DNA from: an uncultured Bacillales bacterium | GTDB taxonomy: Bacteria; Bacillota_I; Bacilli_A; Acholeplasmatales; Anaeroplasmataceae | DNA: 52,383 nucleotides | Direction: 5' to 3' | Assembly: GCA_937885165.1 (NCBI GenBank) | Contig: CAKZZJ010000140.1 | Location: 1-52,383, forward strand | In this document: piece after piece, positions 20,529 to 29,000 of the stretch | Layout of the letters: every line of letters begins with the position of its first letter | How positions within the stretch are numbered: the first letter of the stretch is position 1 | Position numbers and translations under genes: made by a program | The notes under the pieces: model-generated | Database searches by the model: none | What the model was told of the DNA's origin: nothing | Seen by the model: the letters and a program-made list of their open reading frames with translations, nothing else

Positions 20529-21439
20529 GAGTAGGAATTGATGTAGGTGGAACTACTGTAAAGGTAGGTTATATTGAAAATAAAAAATTCATATATGATT
20601 ATGAGATAGATACCAAGGGTGGAAGTCTTTTTGATAAAGTGTTTGAAAACATAAAGAATTTCAGCAAGGAAAAAAACATCAAAATTGACTTCATAGGAAT
20701 AGGTGTTCCAGGACATGTTGAAAATAATTATATAACAAGACTACCTAATATTGGATTAAGTGATTTTGATATATCATTATGTGCTAAAAAATATTTTAAT
20801 GATGATATTGAAATAAAATCATCAAATGATGCCAATGTTGCAGCCCTGGGAGAAGCAATATATGCTAAAATTAAGGATAGAGTATTTATGATTACTCTTG
20901 GTACTGGTGTTGGCGGTGGTTTTGTTAAAAACTATAAGATAGTTGAGGGAGCACATTATTCAGTAGGTGAGATTGGTCACATCGTTATTGATAATAAGCA
21001 TAAATATAAGTGCACATGCGGTTTAAAAGGATGTCTTGAGACAGTATCAAGTGCTACAGGTATAAAACGACTTGCTTATGAATATCAGAATCAATTTGAT
21101 AAGACACTTATTGATTTTACAAATTTATCAGCAAAGGAAGTTTGTGATAAAGCTAAACTTAAAGATGAACTTGCTTTAAAGGTTATAAATGAGGCCTGTG
21201 ATAATTTAGGTAGAGCTATGGCAATGATATCACTTGCGGTAGATCCAAATGTATTTTTCATTGGTGGTGGTGTTGCCAAATGCGGAGAATTTTTAATAGA
21301 ATTGATAAAATATTATTATAGGAAATATGCTCATTTTGCAGTAAAAGATACTGTAATTATGCAAGCAGCATTAGGCAATAAGGCTGGAATGTTTGGAGCC
21401 AGCTATCTGTGGGATGAGAATTATAGGGAGGAAGCATGA
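20525..21439 (+). CDS. ROK-family sugar kinase (probable glucokinase)
   Basis: GIDVGGT, NDANVAALGE, TLGTGVGGG, GEIGH, CTCGLKGCLE Zn motif. Confidence 0.9.
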   Translation: MRVGIDVGGTTVKVGYIENKKFIYDYEIDTKGGSLFDKVFENIKNFSKEKNIKIDFIGIGVPGHVENNYITRLPNIGLSDFDISLCAKKYFNDDIEIKSSNDANVAALGEAIYAKIKDRVFMITLGTGVGGGFVKNYKIVEGAHYSVGEIGHIVIDNKHKYKCTCGLKGCLETVSSATGIKRLAYEYQNQFDKTLIDFTNLSAKEVCDKAKLKDELALKVINEACDNLGRAMAMISLAVDPNVFFIGGGVAKCGEFLIELIKYYYRKYAHFAVKDTVIMQAALGNKAGMFGASYLWDENYREEA

Positions 21440-22137
21440 GTAAGGTAGAACCAAAAGTAACTAAAGTTTATAAACCAGAAGTATTAAAATGCCCTTATTG
21501 TGGTTCTAAATTAAAATTTAGATTTGTTATATCAAACAGGGTGGTTCAGTTTACATCTGGTAAGACAGTAAGAATTAAGAATATGGTATATGGTTGCGAT
21601 AAATGTAATAATGGTGAAGTATATCCATCTCTTACCGCAACAAAATTAGCTTTTAAAGGCTATACATATTCTTCTAAAATAATCTGCATGATTGATTATT
21701 ATAAGAATTTACATTATTCTAGAGAAAAAATATCAGTTATGTTAGAAAATAAAGGCGTAATCGTATCTGATAGAAATGTTGATATCATCAACAATAAATT
21801 TCAAGAATTATTTAATATAGACAAAGAAAAAAATATTTTTTCAGCATATGAAAGAATGCTTGATAAATATAATGAAGTAAGACTTGCCATTGATTTTATA
21901 ACGGTTAATGATACATATTATGTAATTTTTTATGATTTCTTTAACGCTGATATGCTTGCAATATTTAAATTTAATGATATCGAAGGCGAAGAAGCAAAAG
22001 AAGTATTCAAAAAATATTTAGATGAAAAATACAATATCAAAATCATTGTTACAGCTGGTGTAAGATCTAAAATAAGAAAACCGCTTAAAGAGGTAACACA
22101 GGGCAACACAAGATTTGTTTCCTTTGTTAAATTTTAA
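21436..22137 (+). CDS. Zn-ribbon + HTH + truncated RNase H-like protein resembling an inactivated DDE transposase
   Basis: CPYCG...YGCDKC, HTH-like YSREKISVMLENKGVIVSDRNV, LAID strand, and IKIIVTAG where a catalytic D is expected. ATGA overlap upstream, 2-nt gap downstream. Confidence 0.6.
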   Translation: MSKVEPKVTKVYKPEVLKCPYCGSKLKFRFVISNRVVQFTSGKTVRIKNMVYGCDKCNNGEVYPSLTATKLAFKGYTYSSKIICMIDYYKNLHYSREKISVMLENKGVIVSDRNVDIINNKFQELFNIDKEKNIFSAYERMLDKYNEVRLAIDFITVNDTYYVIFYDFFNADMLAIFKFNDIEGEEAKEVFKKYLDEKYNIKIIVTAGVRSKIRKPLKEVTQGNTRFVSFVKF

Positions 22138-22139
22138 AA

Positions 22140-23156
22140 ATGATTAGCTTTAAAAATGATTATTCAACCATAGCTCATCCATACGTTATGGATAAATTAA
22201 TTTCTTATAGAGATGAAATTAATGAAGTATATGGTGATGATTATCACTCAGATAATGCGAAAAAATTAATAAGAGAAAAAATAAAATGTGATTCTGATAT
22301 ATATTTTATCAGCGGTGGTACAATCACTAATATGATTTCAATATCAGCTTTTTTAAAACCATATGAGGCAGTTATTGCTGTAAAGAGCGGACATATTAAT
22401 GTTCACGAAACTGGCGCAGTGGAAGGGCAGGGTCATAAAATTATCGAAGTAGACGGATATGATGGTAAAATAAGAAGAGAAGATATAATAAATGTCATAA
22501 AAAAACATGTTGATCATCATATGGTTAAACCTAAATTAGTATTTATTTCAAACGCTACTGAGGTAGGCAGTGTTTATACTAAAGCTGAATTAAAAGAATT
22601 GAAAGATATATGTGTTAAATATGATTTGTATCTGTACTTAGATGGGGCGAGATTAGCAGTATCTTTAAGTGCATCAGATTTAAGTTATGAAGATTATGCA
22701 AAATTAACAGACGCATTTTATATTGGCGGAACTAAAATAGGTGCCTATTTTGGTGAGGCTTTAGTAATAAACAACAAGAGTTTGGCTTTTGAATTCAATT
22801 ATTCTTTAAAGCATTATGGAGGCTTGCTTGCAAAGGGCTTTATGGCAGGTATAGCATTTGAGGCGCTGATGGAAAATAATTTATATTATGAAATCGGAAA
22901 AGAACAAAATGAAAAAGCCAAATATTTAAGTGACAAATTAAAAAATATTGGAATTAGTTTTAATTCTAATTCCAAAACCAATCAGATATTTCCTATTTTG
23001 AATAAGAAAATTGTAGACGAATTATTAAAAGAATTTTCTTTTGAAATTTGGGATAATATCAGTGATGATAAAATTGTCGTTAGATTTGTAACAACATTTA
23101 AAACAAATTATAAGGATATGGATTTATTAATAGAAAAAATTAAATCCCTGAGGTAG
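22140..23156 (+). CDS. ltaE: Low-specificity L-threonine aldolase family (PLP)
   Basis: SFKNDY, YGDD, GGT..N, HINVHETGA, LDGARL, GGTK.G PLP-lysine motif. Confidence 0.9.
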   Translation: MISFKNDYSTIAHPYVMDKLISYRDEINEVYGDDYHSDNAKKLIREKIKCDSDIYFISGGTITNMISISAFLKPYEAVIAVKSGHINVHETGAVEGQGHKIIEVDGYDGKIRREDIINVIKKHVDHHMVKPKLVFISNATEVGSVYTKAELKELKDICVKYDLYLYLDGARLAVSLSASDLSYEDYAKLTDAFYIGGTKIGAYFGEALVINNKSLAFEFNYSLKHYGGLLAKGFMAGIAFEALMENNLYYEIGKEQNEKAKYLSDKLKNIGISFNSNSKTNQIFPILNKKIVDELLKEFSFEIWDNISDDKIVVRFVTTFKTNYKDMDLLIEKIKSLR

Positions 23157-23159
23157 GAA

Positions 23160-23633
23160 ATGAACAAAACAGTAAATTTAGATGAATATGATAAGAAAAT
23201 AGTTACTTCAATGCTTGAGGATTCAACAATTTCCAATGTGGAGCTTGCAAGTAAAATTGGCCTTGCTGCATCTTCATGCCTGATGAGAGTAAAAAAATTA
23301 AATAATGAAAAAATAATAACAGGCTACACTGCAATTGTAGATGAAAAGAAGCTTGGCTATGATGTAACTTGTTTTGCCACAGTCTTTATGTCACCACTCA
23401 ATGGAGAAACTGCAGCTAAATTTATTGAAGAGGTAAAACATATGCCGGAAGTAATAGAGTGTTACACAATAACTGGTAATGGTTCATTTTTAGTAAAAAT
23501 TATAGCTAAAAGCTTCCAAGAATATCGTGATTTTGTTTTTAATAAATTGCTTACAATTCCTAATGTATCAAATATTGATTCATCAATAGTTGTAGGTGTT
23601 GAAAAGAAAACAACACAAATACCACTTGATTAA
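23160..23633 (+). CDS. Lrp/AsnC transcriptional regulator
   Basis: LDEYDKKI...SNVELASKIGLA.SSC..RVKKL HTH; PEVIECYTITG RAM domain. Confidence 0.93.
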   Translation: MNKTVNLDEYDKKIVTSMLEDSTISNVELASKIGLAASSCLMRVKKLNNEKIITGYTAIVDEKKLGYDVTCFATVFMSPLNGETAAKFIEEVKHMPEVIECYTITGNGSFLVKIIAKSFQEYRDFVFNKLLTIPNVSNIDSSIVVGVEKKTTQIPLD

Positions 23634-23657
23634 AATAGCCTTGAATGGGCTTTTTTA
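23632..23657 (+). terminator. Short hairpin, possible terminator/attenuator before the ABC pair
   Basis: AGCCT-tgaat-GGGCT followed by a T-run. Confidence 0.45.
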
Positions 23658-23680
23658 AATGGAGAAAGAAAGGAGAAATT

Positions 23681-25495
23681 ATGCAAGGATTAAAAAAGAT
23701 AGTTATATGGTGTAAAAAATATCTTTTTTTACTTATAATTATCTTATTATTAAATGTAGTTTTGCAATGGTTATTTTCATATTTGCCAATCTTTGTTCAA
23801 TATTCTTTTAAGGTGTTAGGCTATGGTGAAGGTGAAGTAGCACTACCTAATTTTTTACTTAAGATTTATGAAAATATACCAGATGTATTAAATAGAATCT
23901 TAATAGTATCTATCAGCATGGTGATAGTCCAGCTGATAAGAAGTATATTGAGGTTTTTTGATAATTATTTAAGAGGAGTAATTGCTCAACATATAATTTA
24001 TGATTTAAGGACGAAAATTCACGCACACATTTGTGATTTGCCTTTTAGTTATCACAACAATGCTGATTTAGGTGATCTAATTCAAAGAAGCACATCAGAT
24101 GTAGAACAAATATCAAATTTTGTATCTATGCAGATACCAGGCTTCTTATCTATATTCTTAACTGTAGGAATAGGTGCTTATCAGGTAGCGATGATATCAC
24201 CTACACTTATGCTTGTAAGTATTGTAATTGTTCCAATTACAGCAGTATCTTCAGTTATTTATTTCAGATACTGTAACAGAGAATTTAAAAATATAGAAGA
24301 AAAAGAAAGCGAAATGACAACAGTCATTCAGGAAAATGTCAACGCTTCCCGCGTAGTAAGAGCGTTTGCGAATGAAAAATACGAATTTGATAAGATGGAT
24401 AAAGTAAATAAAGAATATACAGAAAGAAATCTTGGTTTTAATAAGCGTATGGCATTATTTTGGGGTATAAGTGATGCTAGTGTAGTATTACAATATATTC
24501 TTACTTTATCTGTTGGTATCGCTCTTGCAATGAACAACAAACTTGATATGGCTGATATCGTTGCTGCATTATTATTGATGAATATGCTTGTATGGCCAAT
24601 GAGGGGTTTAGGTAGAACTATAGCTTCCTTCGGAAAAGCATCAGTTGCGGCAGGGAGAATAGATGAAGTGTTAAAAATAGATGATGAATATAAGGTAAAT
24701 GGTTCATTAAAGCCAGCAATTAATGGTGATATAGTATTTAATCATGTAAGCTTTAAATTTGATGATGATGAAAGAAATCTTTTAAATGATGTTTCATTTA
24801 AAATAAAAAGTGGCCAAACTGTAGCACTTGTAGGTAAAACTGGCGCCGGTAAGTCAACAATCTGTAATATATTAGTAAGATTTTTAGAATATCAGAATGG
24901 CAGTGTAACAATAAATGGTGTTGAGCTTAAGGATATCGAAAAGAAATATTTAAGAGAAAATATTAAATATGTATTACAAAATCCATTCTTGTTTTCAAAA
25001 TCAGTTTATGAAAATATCGCTATATCAAACGATAAAGTTGATGAAGCTAAAGTTTTAGCAGCGGCTAAAACTGCGGCAATCCATCAGGAAGTTATCAATT
25101 TTGAAAAAGGGTATAAAACTATTGTTGGTGAAAAAGGAACAACTTTATCAGGCGGTCAGAAACAAAGAGTAGCAATCGCAAGAATGCTTATAACTGAATC
25201 ACCAGTCATCATTTTTGATGATTCATTAAGTGCTCTTGATACTAAGACAGATGTATTAATTAGAAAAGCATTGAAGCTTAAAGATAAAAATCAGACAACA
25301 ATCATTATAACACATAGAACAACTACAGCTAAGGAAGCTGATTTAATTCTTGTTTTAGATGATGGCAAGATAGTTGATAGTGGTACTCATAATGAATTAC
25401 TTAAGCATGAAGGTCTTTATAAAGATTTATGGGGTATTCAGGGTGAACTTGAAAAACAATTCTATCAAGTTTTAGAAGGAAAGGAGGTAATCTAA
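23681..25495 (+). CDS. ABC exporter TMD+NBD, degenerate-site subunit
   Basis: GKTGAGKS, LSGGQKQR, FDDSLSALD. Start moved to ATG 23681, which follows AAGGAG. Confidence 0.92.
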   Translation: MQGLKKIVIWCKKYLFLLIIILLLNVVLQWLFSYLPIFVQYSFKVLGYGEGEVALPNFLLKIYENIPDVLNRILIVSISMVIVQLIRSILRFFDNYLRGVIAQHIIYDLRTKIHAHICDLPFSYHNNADLGDLIQRSTSDVEQISNFVSMQIPGFLSIFLTVGIGAYQVAMISPTLMLVSIVIVPITAVSSVIYFRYCNREFKNIEEKESEMTTVIQENVNASRVVRAFANEKYEFDKMDKVNKEYTERNLGFNKRMALFWGISDASVVLQYILTLSVGIALAMNNKLDMADIVAALLLMNMLVWPMRGLGRTIASFGKASVAAGRIDEVLKIDDEYKVNGSLKPAINGDIVFNHVSFKFDDDERNLLNDVSFKIKSGQTVALVGKTGAGKSTICNILVRFLEYQNGSVTINGVELKDIEKKYLRENIKYVLQNPFLFSKSVYENIAISNDKVDEAKVLAAAKTAAIHQEVINFEKGYKTIVGEKGTTLSGGQKQRVAIARMLITESPVIIFDDSLSALDTKTDVLIRKALKLKDKNQTTIIITHRTTTAKEADLILVLDDGKIVDSGTHNELLKHEGLYKDLWGIQGELEKQFYQVLEGKEVI

Positions 25496-25496
25496 T

Positions 25497-27317
25497 ATGG
25501 AAGATTATGAAGAAATAGAAGAAACTAAAACTTCTTATAATAACCATCCTTGGAAAAAGATAATTAAAACAGTAATGCTTCACAAAAAATATGTTGTTGG
25601 TTTAATTATAGCTGTTGTACTGCTTGCATCTATGGATACTTTATTCCCTTTTATAAATCAATATGCACTGAATAATTATTTTGTTGATGGTGCTACATTT
25701 ACAAGTGTGCCTTTCTTTATAGTTTTTTATGTATTTGTTGCCTTACTTTATGGTTTTGTCATATTTGCTTTCCTTTATTTTGCCGGTAAGGTTGAAGCAT
25801 ATACATCGTATGAATTAAGAAAAGAAGCATACCTTAATTTACAGAAACTGCCATTCAGTTATTTTGACAGGACAGCACAGGGCTGGATTATGGCAAGACT
25901 TACAAGTGATGCAAGAAGATTATCAGAAATAATATCATGGGGTTTAGTAGATTTCTTATGGGGTTTATTATCAATGATAGGTATATTAGTAATTCTTATG
26001 GTTTTAAATATTAGGCTTGCATTAATCATAATTATCATTTTACCGATAATTCTTGCATTAACTATTTTGATAAATAACAAAATACTAAAAGCCTATAGAC
26101 AAGCAAGAAAAGATAATTCTGAAATTACTGCTGCCTTAAATGAAAATTTTATGGGAGCTAAGGCATCTAAATCATTAGTAATTGAAGATAAAAACAACAT
26201 TGAATTTATATCTAAATCAAACAAATATAAGCGTTCATCATTAAGGGCAGCAATGTTATCAGCATTATTTGGTCCGATAGTTTTTATCACTTGCTATTTT
26301 TGCGTAGGTTCTACTATCTATGTTGGTGCAATTTTAAGTATTGATCTAGCACTTTTATATTTATTTATCGATTATACAATTAAATTCTTTGATCCTGTTA
26401 TGTCAATATCCCAAATACTCGGTGATTTCAAACAGGCACAAGCTTCAGCTGAAAGAATAATCTCTTTAATTGAAGAAGAACCAGAAATTAAAGATACTCC
26501 TGAAGTTATTGAAAAATATGGTACTATCTTCGAGCCTAAATATGAAAATTTTGAAGAAATAAAAGGCGATGTAGAATTTAAAAATGTAAGTTTTAAATAC
26601 AATATTGGAGAAGCTGTTTTAAATGATTTCAATTTAAGTATTAAGGCGGGCTCGAGTGTAGCTTTGGTTGGCCATACTGGAAGTGGGAAATCAACATTAG
26701 TTAATCTTATTTGTAGATTTTATGAACCAACAAGTGGACATATTTATATTGATGGAGAAGATTACAAAAAAAGAAGTATTACTTGGCTACATTCTAATTT
26801 AGGTTATGTTCTTCAAACACCAGAATTATTCAGCGGTACAATACTTGAAAACGTAAGGTATGGTAATTTAAATGCGACAGATGAAGAATGCATAAACGCA
26901 CTTAAGATTGTTGATGCATTTGAATTCATATCTAAACTTGATGATGGAGTAAATACTTATGTAGGTGAAGGTGGAGGTAAATTATCACTTGGTGAGAAAC
27001 AATTGATTTCTTTTGCTAGAGCGATAGTCAAGGATCCTAAAATACTGATATTAGATGAGGCCACATCATCAATTGATACTCATACTGAAAATATAATTCA
27101 GGATGCAATCAACAAAGTAATGAAAGGTAGAACCACATTTATGATTGCTCATAGATTATCAACTGTTGTCAATGCTGATAATATTTTAGTTATGAAGGAT
27201 GGAGAAGTAATAGAATCAGGAAATCATAAAGAACTTCTTAATAAAAAAGGATATTATTTTGAACTTTATAAGACTCAGTTTCAGGAAGATAATGTCACAT
27301 CAATTTTGAATTCATAA
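25497..27317 (+). CDS. ABC exporter TMD+NBD, consensus-site subunit
   Basis: GHTGSGKS, LSLGEKQ, LILDEATS, IAHRLST. AAGGAGGT SD. Confidence 0.93.
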   Translation: MEDYEEIEETKTSYNNHPWKKIIKTVMLHKKYVVGLIIAVVLLASMDTLFPFINQYALNNYFVDGATFTSVPFFIVFYVFVALLYGFVIFAFLYFAGKVEAYTSYELRKEAYLNLQKLPFSYFDRTAQGWIMARLTSDARRLSEIISWGLVDFLWGLLSMIGILVILMVLNIRLALIIIIILPIILALTILINNKILKAYRQARKDNSEITAALNENFMGAKASKSLVIEDKNNIEFISKSNKYKRSSLRAAMLSALFGPIVFITCYFCVGSTIYVGAILSIDLALLYLFIDYTIKFFDPVMSISQILGDFKQAQASAERIISLIEEEPEIKDTPEVIEKYGTIFEPKYENFEEIKGDVEFKNVSFKYNIGEAVLNDFNLSIKAGSSVALVGHTGSGKSTLVNLICRFYEPTSGHIYIDGEDYKKRSITWLHSNLGYVLQTPELFSGTILENVRYGNLNATDEECINALKIVDAFEFISKLDDGVNTYVGEGGGKLSLGEKQLISFARAIVKDPKILILDEATSSIDTHTENIIQDAINKVMKGRTTFMIAHRLSTVVNADNILVMKDGEVIESGNHKELLNKKGYYFELYKTQFQEDNVTSILNS

Positions 27318-27325
27318 AAAAAAAT

Positions 27326-27381
27326 AAAACAGATATAAAATCAGTTTAATTAAAATTATTCTGAAATTATATCTGTTTTTT
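27326..27381. terminator. Long bidirectional hairpin between convergent genes
   Basis: AAAACAGATATAA / TTATATCTGTTTT outer stem with inner TCAG / CTGA. Confidence 0.75.
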
Positions 27382-27400
27382 AAATGCTTATTAAACAATA

Positions 27401-28831
27401 TTAATCATCAATTGAACCAAGCTTTTCCAAGGCTGATTTTTTAGTTTTGTCTTTATTATCTTTATTATATTTTAGACGATCTTTTAATTTTATTTTTTCT
27501 TTTATAAAGATAAATACAACTAAAGCTAAAATCATAACGATTGATGAATAAACAAACAACAATTTTTGTCCTAAATCATTAAAATCCATAATAAGGCCTA
27601 CTAATATAGGTGTTGCTGACTGAGCTATCATTGATGACATATAATAATATGAAGTAAATTTACCTAAATTTTTTGTATTTGAATATTCAACAACCATTGG
27701 GAATGAATTTATATTTACTAGTGCCCACCCAATACCAATAAGTGCGCTCATACCGATATAAAATATTTTCCAACCTATCGTTACACTACCCTCAGCATTT
27801 ACGAATATAATATTAGGAATTACTGATATAATAGCAATTAGAACAAGAGGTACTATTAAGAATATCAAGCCGATTATTACTGTAAATTTACGGCCTATTT
27901 TATCGGAAATAGAAGAACCTAAAATAAATGTAACAATTGAAACAACTGATAATACTGTTGCCATTAAAGAATACATTGTAGAATCACCGACAATGTTTTT
28001 AAAATATAATGAACCAAAGGTTTCAAAAGCGTTAAATGACATAAACCATAAGAAGATAGCAATCAATAAAATTATAAAATTTCTCTTATCTTTTTTACTT
28101 AATTTATTATCTTCTTCAGTAATATTGTCTAAAGTCTCAGTTAGTGATTCACCATATAAGACATCTTCTTTTGTTTCTTCAACAATCTTTTTCTCATTTA
28201 ATTTTACAATTAAGAAAATTAACACACATAAGAATACTGCAGTACATATTACAAAAGGCCAAATTACTTTATCCTGTATTTCAGCAAGTGTTGAATCAGC
28301 ATTTAATTTGAATACAGAAAACATACCTAATACTGTAGCGAATACTCCGCCTAAATAGCCGATTAAATTAATTATACCATTGGCTTTGCTTCTAAGTGGC
28401 TTTGGTGTTACATCAGGCATTAAGGCTACAGCAGGAGAACGATATGCCTGCATGATGATTAAAAACAACATCATAAATACAATTACTCCCGCAAGTGTAT
28501 CCCAAATACACATTAAGGCAATGAATGGGAATATGATGGTAGTAAGCGCCATACCTATTACAATATAAGGCATTCTCTTACCCCATTTCGTGTTTGTCTT
28601 GTCACTTAAATTTCCTAATATTGGCATAATGATTATTGCGGCAACATTGTCTAAAGCCATAATTATACCGACTAAATAGTTAGTATTTTCAAGCCCTACT
28701 TCCTTTAACATTGCTTCTAATATTATCGGACAGTAGGTGTTATATACCTGCCATAACATCAATATACCGAAGAATGCAAAGGCAATTTTAAAAGTATTTT
28801 TATAATTTAATTTTAGTGTTCTTTCTTCCAT
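27401..28831 (-). CDS. MFS transporter (maltose/sugar MalT/SLC45-like)
   Basis: About 12 TMs, G.LSDKT.TKWGKRMPY, ALMPD.TP...RS.ANG, SDKIGRK. Confidence 0.85.
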   Translation of the reverse strand: MEERTLKLNYKNTFKIAFAFFGILMLWQVYNTYCPIILEAMLKEVGLENTNYLVGIIMALDNVAAIIIMPILGNLSDKTNTKWGKRMPYIVIGMALTTIIFPFIALMCIWDTLAGVIVFMMLFLIIMQAYRSPAVALMPDVTPKPLRSKANGIINLIGYLGGVFATVLGMFSVFKLNADSTLAEIQDKVIWPFVICTAVFLCVLIFLIVKLNEKKIVEETKEDVLYGESLTETLDNITEEDNKLSKKDKRNFIILLIAIFLWFMSFNAFETFGSLYFKNIVGDSTMYSLMATVLSVVSIVTFILGSSISDKIGRKFTVIIGLIFLIVPLVLIAIISVIPNIIFVNAEGSVTIGWKIFYIGMSALIGIGWALVNINSFPMVVEYSNTKNLGKFTSYYYMSSMIAQSATPILVGLIMDFNDLGQKLLFVYSSIVMILALVVFIFIKEKIKLKDRLKYNKDNKDKTKKSALEKLGSIDD

Positions 28832-28951
28832 TTTTTCACATCCTTATTTAGAGTATAACACAATTATTTTTGAAAATAAATAAAATTAAGAAATATAGAA
28901 ACTTTATCAACTTAATCCAAGTATTTTTTCTTACTTTCTTTTTTATCAATA

Positions 28952-28980
28952 TTGATAAAAAAACTTTACTTTGGTATAAT
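28952..28980 (+). promoter_or_regulatory. Sigma-A promoter of the alaS operon
   Basis: TTGATA-17 nt-TATAAT with extended -10 TG, about 20-30 nt upstream of the start. Confidence 0.7.
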
Positions 28981-29000
28981 ATCTCTATTGTGAAAAGGTA

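Noticed and set aside
21400..22170. Active IS element around the transposase-like ORF
   Set aside because: No terminal inverted repeats, target duplication or accessory ORFs; DDE triad incomplete; flanks are coding sequence.
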